From: Candidatus Spongiisociaceae bacterium
GTDB taxonomy: Bacteria; Actinomycetota; Acidimicrobiia; Spongiisociales; Spongiisociaceae
Assembly: GCA_965219685.1 (NCBI GenBank)
Contig: CBDCOH010000002.1
Coordinates: forward strand, 1,216,001-1,280,000
DNA length: 64,000 nucleotides
Direction: 5' to 3'
The notes below the pieces were generated by a model. The model had not been told where the DNA came from. It saw nothing but the letters and a program-made list of their open reading frames with translations, and ran no database searches. Each line of letters opens with the position of its first letter. Positions within the stretch are counted from its first letter, which is position 1. Both the position numbers and the translations under genes were made by a program. Shown in pieces: positions 39,517 to 49,310 of this stretch.

Positions 39517-40809
39517 GTGCGGAGCGCCTCGGAACTCATCCGCCACAAGCGGGACGGCGGCGTGCTGGGACTCGACGAGATCCGCTACTTCCTGTCGGGA
39601 GTGGTGGACGGTTCGATCCCGCGGTACCAGGCCGCCGCGCTGCTGATGGCGATCTTCTTCCGCGGGATGGAGGACCGCGAACTGGCCGATCTCACCACGG
39701 CCATGATCGACTCGGGAGAGCGGCTGGAGATCGGGAGTTCCGGACCCAAGGTCGACAAGCACTCCACCGGCGGAGTCGGCGACAAGGTCAGCCTCTGCCT
39801 AGCGCCGCTGGTAGCCGCATGCGGGGTGGTCGTCCCGATGATGTCCGGTCGAGGTCTCGGCCACACCGGGGGCACCCTCGACAAGCTCGAGTCGATCCCC
39901 GGATTCCGGTCCTCGTTCGACTCCGCCGAGTTCGCCCGCCTCGTCGAGACCAACGGGGTGGTGATCGCGGGCCAGTCGGAGAGCGTGGTCCCGGCCGACC
40001 GGATCCTCTACGCGCTGCGGGACACGACGGCCACCGTTGCATCCATCCCTCTCATCAGTTCCTCGATCATGTCGAAGAAGCTGGCCGAAGGCCTCGACGC
40101 GCTGGTGCTGGACGTCAAGGTGGGGACCGGCGCCTTCATGGAGTCGGTCGACCGGGCGCGAGTACTGGCCCGGACCATGGTGCGGATCGGTGAGTCGCAC
40201 GGGGTACGGACCACCGCGTTCGTGACGAGCATGGACCAGCCCCTCGGGTACGAGGTCGGGAACGCCAACGAAGTCGCCGAGGCCATCTCGGTCCTGCGGG
40301 GAGGCGGCCCCCCCGACCTCACCGAACTCGTGACGGTTCTCGGCGGGGCCATGCTGGAGGCCGCGGGGCTGGACCGCGCCGATGCCCGCATCCGAAGCGC
40401 CTTCGACTCGGGCGCCGGCCTCGGACTGTTGCGGAGGATGATCGAGGCCCAGGGTGGCGACGGCTCCGTCGTCGAGCGGCCTGAGATCCTACCGGCGGCT
40501 GCCCATGCCCGCCGCCTCCGGGCGGAGAGGGACGGGTACGTGGCATCGATCGACGCCCGGCGGATCGGGGTGGCGGCCATGCAACTGGGTGCGGGCCGCC
40601 GGACCATGACCGACACCATCGACCACGCGGTCGGGATCACCATGTCGGCGAAGGTCGGGAGTGCGGTCGCCCGTGGTGATGTGCTGGCGACGCTGCGCTT
40701 CAACGACCCGCGGAACGTGGAAGCCGCCGCAGCCAGGGTGTCCCGCGCCTACACGCTGGCCGCCCGGCCCCCCGAGGAACATCCGCTGATACTGGAGGAA
40801 GTCGGCTGA
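39517..40809 (+). CDS. Thymidine/pyrimidine-nucleoside phosphorylase
   Basis: DKHSTGGVGDK, SGRGLGHTGGTLDKLESIPG, SIMSKKLAEG. Confidence 0.95.
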   Translation: MRSASELIRHKRDGGVLGLDEIRYFLSGVVDGSIPRYQAAALLMAIFFRGMEDRELADLTTAMIDSGERLEIGSSGPKVDKHSTGGVGDKVSLCLAPLVAACGVVVPMMSGRGLGHTGGTLDKLESIPGFRSSFDSAEFARLVETNGVVIAGQSESVVPADRILYALRDTTATVASIPLISSSIMSKKLAEGLDALVLDVKVGTGAFMESVDRARVLARTMVRIGESHGVRTTAFVTSMDQPLGYEVGNANEVAEAISVLRGGGPPDLTELVTVLGGAMLEAAGLDRADARIRSAFDSGAGLGLLRRMIEAQGGDGSVVERPEILPAAAHARRLRAERDGYVASIDARRIGVAAMQLGAGRRTMTDTIDHAVGITMSAKVGSAVARGDVLATLRFNDPRNVEAAAARVSRAYTLAARPPEEHPLILEEVG

Positions 40810-40871
40810 GAGGCTACTACCATGGCCTCCGTTTCGCAGCCGTCGTTAGCCCATCGACAGGAGTCACGCTC

Positions 40872-41630
40872 ATGCAGGTTGTGGTATGCGTCAAGCAGAT
40901 CCCGGATCCGGCTTCGCCGTCGTCACTCGATCCGGCTACCAACCGTCTGGTACGCCCGCCCGAGCAGGTGCTGGACGACACCGACCGCTACGGCATCGAG
41001 GTGGGCCTGCAACTAGGTGAGAAGACCGGGGGTTCGGTGACGCTCGTGTCCATGGGACCCACCGGGACCATGCAGGGAATCCGCCAGGCCCTGGCCATGG
41101 GGGCCGACAAGGCGGTGATCGTGGACGATGACGGGCTGGGTGGGAGCGACGCCCTGACCACCGCCAAGGTGCTGGCTGCGGCGGCCCGCCGTGAGGGCTT
41201 CGACGTGCTGGTGGCGGGGGTCGAGTCTACGGACGGCTACTCGGGGGTGGTGCCCCAGATGGTCGCCGAACTGCTGGACGTGCCCGCACTGACCTTTGCG
41301 AGGAAGGTCGAACTCGAAGGACAGGGTCTGCGGATCGAACGCCAGACCGCGGGAGGGTTCGATGTCGTCGACGCCGATCCCCCGGCCGTGCTGGCGGTGA
41401 CCGCGGGCGCGGTGGAGCCCCGGTACCCGACCTTCCGGGGCATCATGGCCGCCAAGAACAAACCCGTCGACCGTTTGACCGTCGCCGATCTCGGCGTGGG
41501 CGGGAACCCCGGTCAGGAGGTCGTCTCGGTCGCCCCCGCGCCGGAGCGGCAGGCCGGAGAAGTGGTGGAGGACGAAGGAACCGGGCATCTGCGGATCGTC
41601 GAGTTCCTCGAAGGTGCAAAGGTGATCTAG
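40872..41630 (+). CDS. etfB: Electron transfer flavoprotein beta subunit
   Basis: VVCVKQIPD, ALAMGADKA, EPRYP. Confidence 0.95.
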   Translation: MQVVVCVKQIPDPASPSSLDPATNRLVRPPEQVLDDTDRYGIEVGLQLGEKTGGSVTLVSMGPTGTMQGIRQALAMGADKAVIVDDDGLGGSDALTTAKVLAAAARREGFDVLVAGVESTDGYSGVVPQMVAELLDVPALTFARKVELEGQGLRIERQTAGGFDVVDADPPAVLAVTAGAVEPRYPTFRGIMAAKNKPVDRLTVADLGVGGNPGQEVVSVAPAPERQAGEVVEDEGTGHLRIVEFLEGAKVI

Positions 41631-42581
41631 ATGTCTACGTGGGTCTTTGCCGAGGAAGTGGATGGTCGCCCGGGCGAGTCGGCCCTGGAGTTGGTGACCA
41701 AGGCCGCAGGCGTGGGAGATGTGACCGTCGTATACCTCGGTGGTGACACGCCCGCAGGGATCGGGGTGCTCGGCGCGTACGGCGCCCGCACCGTGTACCA
41801 CCTCACGGGTGGAGGGGATCTCCCTGCCGCGTCGGCGGCTGCTGCCCTCGCAGGGCTGCTGGAACGGGAACAGCCCGAGCTGGTGCTGTTCGCCCAGACC
41901 TACACGTCGCGGGACGTCGCCGGACGCCTTGCCGCTCGCATCGATCGACCGGTCGTCTCCAACGCCGTCGATGTGGGGATCGGCTCCGGGAATGCGGTCA
42001 CCAGCGAGATCTTCGGAGGCACGCAGGTGGTGATCACCGAGTTCACCGGCCCCGGCCCCCATCTGGTGCTGGTCAGGCCGAAGTCGTTCGCCGCGGAGGA
42101 ATGCGGCGGGACGGTGGATCGGGTGGAGGTCGTCCCCCTCGCAGGCGCGGGGCATGCCGGGTCGCCGCGAGTGGTGGACAAGATCGTGGAGAGAGCTGAG
42201 GGGCCCCAGTTGAGCGACGCCAAGGTCATCGTGAGTGGAGGGCGCGGCCTGGGCAGCGCCGACGCCTACGTCCTGATAGACGAGGTGGCCGAGCCGCTCG
42301 GAGCTGCGACCGGCGCCACCCGCGCCATCGTCGACGCGGGCTGGGTGCCCTACGCGAAGCAGGTGGGCCAGACCGGCAAGACCGTCAAGCCGGAGGTCTA
42401 CCTGGCCTGTGGCATATCGGGCGCCATGCAGCACCTGGTGGGGATGAAGGACTCGAAGCGCATCGTCGCTGTCAACAAGGACCCGGAGGCGCCGATCTTC
42501 TCGGTGGCTGATCTCGGCATCGTGGGGGATCTCCACAAGGTGCTGCCCAAGCTCACCGAGACCCTGCGGGCCAGGGGCTAG
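41631..42581 (+). CDS. etfA: Electron transfer flavoprotein alpha subunit
   Basis: [32 protein letters not shown]. Confidence 0.95.
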   Translation: MSTWVFAEEVDGRPGESALELVTKAAGVGDVTVVYLGGDTPAGIGVLGAYGARTVYHLTGGGDLPAASAAAALAGLLEREQPELVLFAQTYTSRDVAGRLAARIDRPVVSNAVDVGIGSGNAVTSEIFGGTQVVITEFTGPGPHLVLVRPKSFAAEECGGTVDRVEVVPLAGAGHAGSPRVVDKIVERAEGPQLSDAKVIVSGGRGLGSADAYVLIDEVAEPLGAATGATRAIVDAGWVPYAKQVGQTGKTVKPEVYLACGISGAMQHLVGMKDSKRIVAVNKDPEAPIFSVADLGIVGDLHKVLPKLTETLRARG

Positions 42582-42833
42582 ATGATTTGTTTCTAGTCGG
42601 TAGTCGGTAGTTACTAGTTGGTGATCGGTCGTTAACGTTAGGTCGACTTGTGTGCCATCGTCCATTGGCTCTGTTTGCGTCTCGCGTTTACGCCGCAGGT
42701 AGCTCTTTGCGAAGTGGCGGCCCCGGGACCCGAGTCCCAGAACTACACGACTAACAGCCGTGTTGCACAGCGTTGTGTAGCGATCGTAGGGTTCGGTGCT
42801 TCCGGTCAGATACGTCGGAACTACCCCGTCTAG
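42578..42833 (-). mobile_element. ~255-bp MITE-like element, copy D
   Basis: CTAG-ATGATTTGTTTC...GGAACTACCCCGT-CTAG; block-by-block match to copy C. Confidence 0.8.
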
Positions 42834-42845
42834 CCGGGCGCGGCG

Positions 42846-43289
42846 TTACTCCCCGGCGGGCGATCCATCCGGACCCCACGCGCCCCGGTTCTCCCTCCTG
42901 ATGACCAGCCTCAGGCCGCTCCAGTCGCTGTCCAGAGCGCAGACCTTGTTGTCGACCAGGCCGACCTGCAGAGCCGCGACGCGGATGGTGTCCTCAACGA
43001 TATCGACATGGAGGGGGGAAGACTTCTTCGGCCAGGATATCCACAGGGCGCCGTCCGCCGGAAGCCGGCGTAGGAGGCGCGGGAACACGGTTTGGAACCG
43101 CTTCGTGGTCGGAGCGAACGCCACCAGGACCGGGCACGGCGCACGGGGGTTCCTGATCAGCCGGGCGCCCGGCGGAAGCGGGTCGAGCAGCCGGGCCAGG
43201 TGCCCCGGGTCGCCGACGACCCCCACGCGGTCACCCGGCGCTATCCCCAGCTTCCGTACCAGCGGCGTCTGGGAGTATCCGGAAGTCAC
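42846..43289 (-). CDS. DUF3052-like protein
   Basis: GYSQTPLVRKLGI...LWISWPKKSS...GLVDNKVCALDSDWSGLRLVIR. Confidence 0.8.
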   Translation of the reverse strand: MTSGYSQTPLVRKLGIAPGDRVGVVGDPGHLARLLDPLPPGARLIRNPRAPCPVLVAFAPTTKRFQTVFPRLLRRLPADGALWISWPKKSSPLHVDIVEDTIRVAALQVGLVDNKVCALDSDWSGLRLVIRRENRGAWGPDGSPAGE

Positions 43290-45847
43290 GACGCCGCGAT
43301 CCGAGCCTGGGCGAGCCATATGTCCACCAGGACACGGTTCTCCTCGATCCATCGGGAAACCAGGTCCGCGGTGGCCGCGCCCCGGCTCTGGAGAGCGATC
43401 CGGTAGGAGACGTCCGCCTGTTCCAGCTTGACGATCTGGAACAGCCTCGCCGCGGCCGGGTTCGAATCCAGGAACTGGTTGCGGGCCGTGACCCTGATGT
43501 CGGAGACCTGCCAGCCGACCTGGCAGAAGCCCCGCGCCACGGCATCTGGGCACTGCCCGGCGGGCACCAGTCCGGTTCCCGGTCTCTGATCCCAGGCCTC
43601 GCCGCCCGGACGACCGAGCGGGTTGGAGTCGTCCAGGACATGGTCGATCCCCAACCACACCATGTTCACGCCGGGGAGGAGGGTCGCCATGTAGCGGCTC
43701 GGCGCCCACGCGTAGGTGACAACAGGCTCATCCCGGCGGAGGTGCTGGGTGACCGCGGCGTGCATGGCGTCGTATCCGGATGTCACCTGGTCGACATTCA
43801 TCCAGTTCGAGAAGGCGACCATGCTCTCGATGATGTCGGAGCAGGGCCAGCTCGGCGGACATCCGTATATGTCCACCCGCCCGTTGCCGGGGTTGGCGTC
43901 GGTTGCGTCATACTTCGCTATGGTCGCCCGGCTTCGGTCCAGGTCGTCGAGAGTGGAGATTCCCTGTTCCACGGCGAAGGGCCTGCTGATCAGGAACCCC
44001 TGCAGGCCGCCGGCCGTCATCTGGTCGCCAACCGGGGAAACATGATCCCGGACCGCGGTGCCGTCGGGCAGCTGCTCGTCCAGGAAACGGTCGTGGTAGG
44101 GATACCAGCCGTTCACCCAGAAGTCGACCGAACCGGCCGCCATGGCGGGGTAGGCGATCGACGGGCCCGCTTCGAAACCTGCCGGGTCGCTGACCTCGTA
44201 GCCGAGTTCGCCGAGCAGCGCGCGGTAGACGGCGGCCTGGAAGTGTCCGGACGTCCGGTCGGCCCTGGCCATCCTTACCCGGACACCGTCGCCCGGAAGC
44301 CGGGCCTCGGGCTGTAGCTGGAGAGCCCGGACTAGGAAGGAGGCCATCTCGGCACGGGTGACCGGGCTGTCGGGGCAGTAGGCGAAGGGCGCCTTCGAGC
44401 AGCCCAGTGTGACTCCGGCCGCCAGGATGCCTTCGACCGCGGCGGCATGGTCCGCGTCCGCGGGAACGTCGACGAAGGCGCCCTGTGGTTCGGCCACCGG
44501 AGCGACGGTCGGCAGCGCCCTGGTCAGGAACACGGCCATGTCCAGGCGGGTAACGGGATCCAGGGGACGGAAGGTCCCGTCCTCGTGCGGTTCCACCACG
44601 CCGCGTTCGAACATGGCGTTCAGGTAGCCCGAGTACCACGTGCCGTCGGGAACGTCATCGAAGCCGCCGGTCACCACGGCCGGTTCCCTAGAGTCGCCGA
44701 ATACCCTGGCCAGGAAGGCCATCATCTGAGCTCGCGTGATGGTCTCCACGGGGCAGAAGCGATCGCCGAGCGGCTGGTTGCAACCCGCGGTGATGCCAAG
44801 GGCCGCGACGATCTCGATCCTGGCCTCATGGACGCTGCCGTCGTCATCGGAGAATCTGTCTCCGGACGGAGCCGGTACCGGCTCGCCCGGCTCCGACGGA
44901 GTGTCCGCGCCGGGAGTGCTGAGATACAGCTCGTTCCCGTCGAGCCGCATCACCTGGAGCTTCACCAGTTCCAGGAGTTGGGTGGGTACCGGTCCGACCA
45001 GCTGGTTGCGACGGACATCGAGGCCGAGGAGGTTCTGGAGCCGTCCGAGTTCCGGTGGGATCCGACCCGTGAGCCCGTTGTCGTTGAGGAACAACTGCTC
45101 GAGACCGGCCAGCGCTCCCAGTTCGGACGGTATGGGGCCGGCGAGCTGGTTGGAGTGGAGGAAGAGACCTCTGAGGTTCGCCAGTGCGCCGAGTGCCGGG
45201 GGGATGGACCCGGCCAGTTCGTTGCCGCTCAACTCGAGTACCTGCAGAGCGGTCAACATACCGAGCTGTTCGGGTATCGAACCCGTCAGGCGGTTGTTAT
45301 GGAGGAACAGCGCTTCGAGGCTTGTCAGACCACCGAGTTCCGGGGGGACGGGTCCGCTCAACCGGTTACCACCGAGTTCCATCACCTTCAGGCTGGTGAG
45401 TCCGCCCAGTTCTGGCGGGAGAGACCCGGTCAACCGGTTGTTGCCGAGATACAGGTCTTCCAACTCGCCGAGTTCCCCAAGCGCCGGCGCCAAGGGTCCG
45501 ACCAGCCCGGCCCCGGACAGAAAGAGCGAACGCACCCGGCCTTCCCTAACGACGACCCCTTGCCATTCGCCGAGCGGTTTCCCGCGTGACCAGGCGTTCG
45601 GATTATCGGCATCGTCGAGGGCACCCGGGTCCTCGAGGCTCGAGTAGAACCTCCAGAGGATCTCGCAGTCGATCGACAGGTCGGGTCGGTTCTCGGGGAC
45701 TATCGAATCCAGCCCGCAAGGAGACTCCGCCCCGGCCGGACCGACCCAGGCGAGGACGGCGATCAGGGATACGGCCAGCATCCAGCCGCGCGCCGCGCGC
45801 CGCCTGCGGTAGATGCGGCAAACGGTAGATCGCTCGAGTCGGATCAC
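43286..45847 (-). CDS. Secreted protein: eight plant-type LRRs, SLH repeats and a glycine betaine-binding (ProX/OpuAC-like) domain
   Basis: 24-aa LxGxIPxELGxLxxLxxLxLxxN repeats; FSDDDGSVHE...TRAQMMAFL; C-terminal DFWVNGWYP, GCPPSWPC, YAWAP. Confidence 0.85.
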   Translation of the reverse strand: MIRLERSTVCRIYRRRRAARGWMLAVSLIAVLAWVGPAGAESPCGLDSIVPENRPDLSIDCEILWRFYSSLEDPGALDDADNPNAWSRGKPLGEWQGVVVREGRVRSLFLSGAGLVGPLAPALGELGELEDLYLGNNRLTGSLPPELGGLTSLKVMELGGNRLSGPVPPELGGLTSLEALFLHNNRLTGSIPEQLGMLTALQVLELSGNELAGSIPPALGALANLRGLFLHSNQLAGPIPSELGALAGLEQLFLNDNGLTGRIPPELGRLQNLLGLDVRRNQLVGPVPTQLLELVKLQVMRLDGNELYLSTPGADTPSEPGEPVPAPSGDRFSDDDGSVHEARIEIVAALGITAGCNQPLGDRFCPVETITRAQMMAFLARVFGDSREPAVVTGGFDDVPDGTWYSGYLNAMFERGVVEPHEDGTFRPLDPVTRLDMAVFLTRALPTVAPVAEPQGAFVDVPADADHAAAVEGILAAGVTLGCSKAPFAYCPDSPVTRAEMASFLVRALQLQPEARLPGDGVRVRMARADRTSGHFQAAVYRALLGELGYEVSDPAGFEAGPSIAYPAMAAGSVDFWVNGWYPYHDRFLDEQLPDGTAVRDHVSPVGDQMTAGGLQGFLISRPFAVEQGISTLDDLDRSRATIAKYDATDANPGNGRVDIYGCPPSWPCSDIIESMVAFSNWMNVDQVTSGYDAMHAAVTQHLRRDEPVVTYAWAPSRYMATLLPGVNMVWLGIDHVLDDSNPLGRPGGEAWDQRPGTGLVPAGQCPDAVARGFCQVGWQVSDIRVTARNQFLDSNPAAARLFQIVKLEQADVSYRIALQSRGAATADLVSRWIEENRVLVDIWLAQARIAAS

Positions 45848-45945
45848 GAACCCGGATTCTCGCAGCGTGCAGCCGCCAACACGTGCAATCCGGGCCGATC
45901 GGCGCTGCTTTCGATATGACCGGCCCCGTCGGGTACCGTCAGCCC

Positions 45946-46947
45946 GTGGTGTCGGAGGCGGCGACGGTCGAGATCGGGGGTGAGGGCGTAAGGGTCACCT
46001 CACCGGATCGGGTGGTCTTCCCGGGCCAGGGATGGACCAAACTCGATGTGGTGCGGCACTTCCGCGCCGTGGCGGACGGCTGCCTGCGCGGCGTGTACGG
46101 GCGGCCCACCATGATGAAGCGGTACATGAAGAACGTGGACACACCTCCGATCTACCACAAGCGCGCTTCCAGGAAGAGCCCTTTCGAGACCGCCACCATC
46201 CGCTTCCCGTCGCAGCGGCCGGGCCGTATGAACGTTCCCCGGACCCCGGCCGACATACTCCGTTTCGTGCAGCTCGGATGCCTGGATCTCCATCCGTGGC
46301 CGGTCCGGGCAGAGGACCTCGACCATCCGGACGAGATACGTTTCGACTTCGACCCGACCGAGGGATACGGCTTCGCAGATGTCAAGCGGGCGGCCACGCA
46401 CGCCAAGGAGTTGCTCGACGAACTGGGCCTGGTCGGCTGGCCGAAGACGTCGGGAAGCCGGGGTATACACGTGTATGTCCGGATCGAGCCGTTGTGGGAC
46501 TTCTTCCAGACCCGCCGGGCCGTTCTCGCATTCGGGCGAGAACTGGAGCGACGCCATCCTCGCCTGATCACCACGAAATGGTGGAAGGAGGAGCGCCGGG
46601 GCATCTTCGTCGACTACAACCAGAACGCCCGTGACAAGACCGTGTCATCGGCCTACGGGGTCCGTCCCACCGGGTACGTCTCGGCTCCGATCACGTGGGA
46701 TGAACTGCCCGATGTCGCCATACAGGATTTCCCGATGGACCGCTTCGCCGATCGCTACGCAGCGGTGGGCGACCTCACGGAGGGGATCGACGAGGCCCCC
46801 GGCCGCATCGACCGGTTGCTGGAATGGGTCGCTCGGGACGAGGCCGCCGGGCAGGGCGACGCTCCATGGCCGCCCAACTATCCCAAGATGCCCGGCGAGC
46901 CACCCAGGGTCCAGCCGTCGAAGATGGTGAAGGAGAACTGGGAGTAG
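45946..46947 (+). CDS. LigD-type primase-polymerase (Prim-PolC-like)
   Basis: TSPDRVVFP, FDFDP, KTSGSRGIH, WWKEER, DYNQN, WPPNYPKMPGEP. Confidence 0.9.
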   Translation: MVSEAATVEIGGEGVRVTSPDRVVFPGQGWTKLDVVRHFRAVADGCLRGVYGRPTMMKRYMKNVDTPPIYHKRASRKSPFETATIRFPSQRPGRMNVPRTPADILRFVQLGCLDLHPWPVRAEDLDHPDEIRFDFDPTEGYGFADVKRAATHAKELLDELGLVGWPKTSGSRGIHVYVRIEPLWDFFQTRRAVLAFGRELERRHPRLITTKWWKEERRGIFVDYNQNARDKTVSSAYGVRPTGYVSAPITWDELPDVAIQDFPMDRFADRYAAVGDLTEGIDEAPGRIDRLLEWVARDEAAGQGDAPWPPNYPKMPGEPPRVQPSKMVKENWE

Positions 46948-47035
46948 TGGTGGTCGGTGATTGGTGGCTGGTCAGTGACGGGGGGAGTCGGGACCGTCCT
47001 GCAAGGGCATCGCTATCGTGCATCAAGTAGTGCTC

Positions 47036-47060
47036 TGCTACAACTAACAACTAACAACTA
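47036..47060. repeat. Heptamer array (ACAACTA)x3, with an opposite-sense degenerate array at 46944-46976
   Basis: Directly visible between convergent genes. Confidence 0.8.
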
Positions 47061-48071
47061 GCGAGTCGGACGGAGGACCACGTCGGGAGTGATAGGCCTG
47101 GCGACGCAGGTCAGGATCATGCCCGACTCCTGCTCCGCTCCGGTCAGGGCGAAGGGAACGCCGGGGTCGACCTGCCCGTCCACCAGGCGCACCCGGCAGG
47201 TTCCGCACACGCCCGAGCGGCACGCGTAGGCAACGGGCGCCGCCAAACGGTCCATGGCGGTGAGCAGGACCTCCCCGGCCTCCAGGACGGCGAAGGCGTC
47301 TTGACCTTCGAGGCGGATTCGGGCGCCGTCGTACGGAACCGGGATGTTGTCCCGCCGGGGTGGGACGTAGTGTTCCACCAGCAATCGATCCTCGGGAACG
47401 CCCAGGGTCAGCAGGCGCGCTTCGATCGTACGGTTCATGTCCGGCGGCCCGCACAGCAGGTACCAGACATCGGCTGTGAGGGGCGGGTTGGCCATCAGGT
47501 GGGCGTCCACGAACCGGTAGTCGATGCGCTGCCCGCGCCCGCTCAGGGCATGGACCACGCTGAGGCGGTCCGGGTGGGCGGTCCGCAGGCGATCCAGCTC
47601 CTCCGCGAAGATCACGTCCTGCGGTCGCCGGTTCCCGTAGGCGAGGTGCACTACCGAGCCCGTTTCGACCGACAGGGCGCCACGCAGGATGCTCATCACC
47701 GGAACGATGCCGCTTCCGGCCGCGAAGGCGTAGTACGTACGGCGGTTGGCGGGGGCGATCCCGACCCTGAAGGTCCCTGAGGCCGGTTCCACACCGACCG
47801 TCCGGCCCGCCTCGGCCCGCTCCACGAGGTAGGTCGAGACCAACCCCCCGGGTGTGCGCTTGACGGTTATCGATGGTGGCTGTCCCAGTTCGGGGGTTGA
47901 GCTGAGCGAGAACACCCGGCGGTGTTCCTCCCCGTCGATCACGACCCTGATTATGACGTACTGGCCCGCCTCTCCGCCCACCCGGGCTTGCGGATCGTCG
48001 AGCGTGATGGAGACGGAGTCGGGGGTCTCGGGACGGACCGCGGCTATGCGCAGCGGGACGACCGTCCTCAA
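47058..48071 (-). CDS. FAD/NAD oxidoreductase with C-terminal 2Fe-2S ferredoxin (PaaE/KshB-like)
   Basis: GQY, RVFSLSS, GGLVS, AAGSGIVP, CGP, CRSGVCGTC...LTC; TTG overlaps ligC stop. Confidence 0.9.
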   Translation of the reverse strand: MRTVVPLRIAAVRPETPDSVSITLDDPQARVGGEAGQYVIIRVVIDGEEHRRVFSLSSTPELGQPPSITVKRTPGGLVSTYLVERAEAGRTVGVEPASGTFRVGIAPANRRTYYAFAAGSGIVPVMSILRGALSVETGSVVHLAYGNRRPQDVIFAEELDRLRTAHPDRLSVVHALSGRGQRIDYRFVDAHLMANPPLTADVWYLLCGPPDMNRTIEARLLTLGVPEDRLLVEHYVPPRRDNIPVPYDGARIRLEGQDAFAVLEAGEVLLTAMDRLAAPVAYACRSGVCGTCRVRLVDGQVDPGVPFALTGAEQESGMILTCVARPITPDVVLRPTR

Positions 48072-49096
48072 CCAACCACCTCCGAGAATCCGGCGCCGAA
48101 CGGACGCACGAGTTGGTCCATGGTGCATTCGGCGGCCGGTTTGTCGGGACGCCATCGCTCGAACCGGGTGGCGTGGCGGAAACGACCACCCTGGAGTTGG
48201 TCGTAGCTCACCTCGACTACGACTCCCGGCGTGACCGGGACCCATTCCATGGACTTCTTGGTCGCCCATCTGCTCTGCGCTCCCGGAGCACGGGTCTGAT
48301 CGCCGCCGCCGAAGCTCTCCTCGGTGCGGATCTGTTCGAGCATGCTCAGGATCTTGGCCCGGTCGCGGTTCGAGAATCCCGAGCAATGGCCGATGAAGTG
48401 CAGGTTCCCTTCAGTGTTGTACAGGCCGAGCAGAATGGAGCCGACCTTGTCCCCGTCCTTGTGCACCCGGTAGCCGCCGATCACGCAGTCCACAGAGCGG
48501 CGGTGCTTCCACTTGATCCACTCTCGCTTGTCCTGCCGGTAGGCGCCGTCCTCGCGCTTGCAGATGATGCCGTCGCAACCGGCCGACTCGTAGCGGTGGA
48601 ACCACCTGGTGGCCCTTTCGAAGTCCCGGGTGACCGGCGTCAGGTGCCAGGGATCGTCCAGATCCGCGCCGAGCCGGTCGAGGCGTGCCCTACGGGTCGA
48701 ATAGGGGGCCTTGACGAGGTTCTCGCCCCTCTCCGCCAGCAGGTCGAAGGCCACCAACCGGGCCGGGTACTCCGCGGCCAGGCGCTCGACTCGCGACTGC
48801 GCCGGGTGGATCCGCATCTGCAACAGGTCGAAGTTGGTCACGTCCTCCACCACGACCAGCACTTCCCCGTCGACCACGGTTCCGGGGGGAAGCTGGTCGA
48901 GAGCGGGAAGCAGTTCCGGGAAGTAGCGCAGCAACGTCTTGCCGTTACGGGAATCGAGACGTACGTCCTCGCCGCCGTAGGCGACCATCCGGAACCCGTC
49001 CCACTTGGGTTCGTAAATCCAGCCGTCGCCGGAGGGAGGGGTGGCTCTCACCCTGGCCTTCATTGGTTTGATGGGTGGTGTGAGCGGCCAGGTCAT
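48068..49096 (-). CDS. ligC: ATP-dependent DNA ligase (LigC-like)
   Basis: YEPKWDGFR, DGEV, AFDLL, DCVIGGYR, EVSYDQ...RFRH...RWRPDK. Confidence 0.9.
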   Translation of the reverse strand: MTWPLTPPIKPMKARVRATPPSGDGWIYEPKWDGFRMVAYGGEDVRLDSRNGKTLLRYFPELLPALDQLPPGTVVDGEVLVVVEDVTNFDLLQMRIHPAQSRVERLAAEYPARLVAFDLLAERGENLVKAPYSTRRARLDRLGADLDDPWHLTPVTRDFERATRWFHRYESAGCDGIICKREDGAYRQDKREWIKWKHRRSVDCVIGGYRVHKDGDKVGSILLGLYNTEGNLHFIGHCSGFSNRDRAKILSMLEQIRTEESFGGGDQTRAPGAQSRWATKKSMEWVPVTPGVVVEVSYDQLQGGRFRHATRFERWRPDKPAAECTMDQLVRPFGAGFSEVVG

Positions 49097-49131
49097 CCGC
49101 CGCAGCTTAGAAGATGGTGGCTTGTGGCTGG

Positions 49132-49243
49132 TGAACCGCCCCGGGTTTACCGGAGAGAGTGTGTTGCTTGACACCTGGTGGCGGTCCTGGGGCGTGCTGC
49201 GCCGGGGAAACACTCACACTCAAGGGGAACCCGGGACGGTTCA
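49132..49243. mobile_element. 112-bp miniature IS3/IS6110-like element
   Basis: TGAACCGCCCCGGGTTTACCGGAGAG...GAACCCGGGACGGTTCA; first ~65 bp align to the right end of the IS at 20928. Confidence 0.8.
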
Positions 49244-49310
49244 AGATTCACCAGCCACTACTCGCGAACCGCCAGCCGCCAACGACCATTCACCATTCAC
49301 CACTCACTAC

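Noticed and set aside
44930-45520. 72-bp periodic DNA repeats
   Set aside because: Explained by the 24-aa LRR units.
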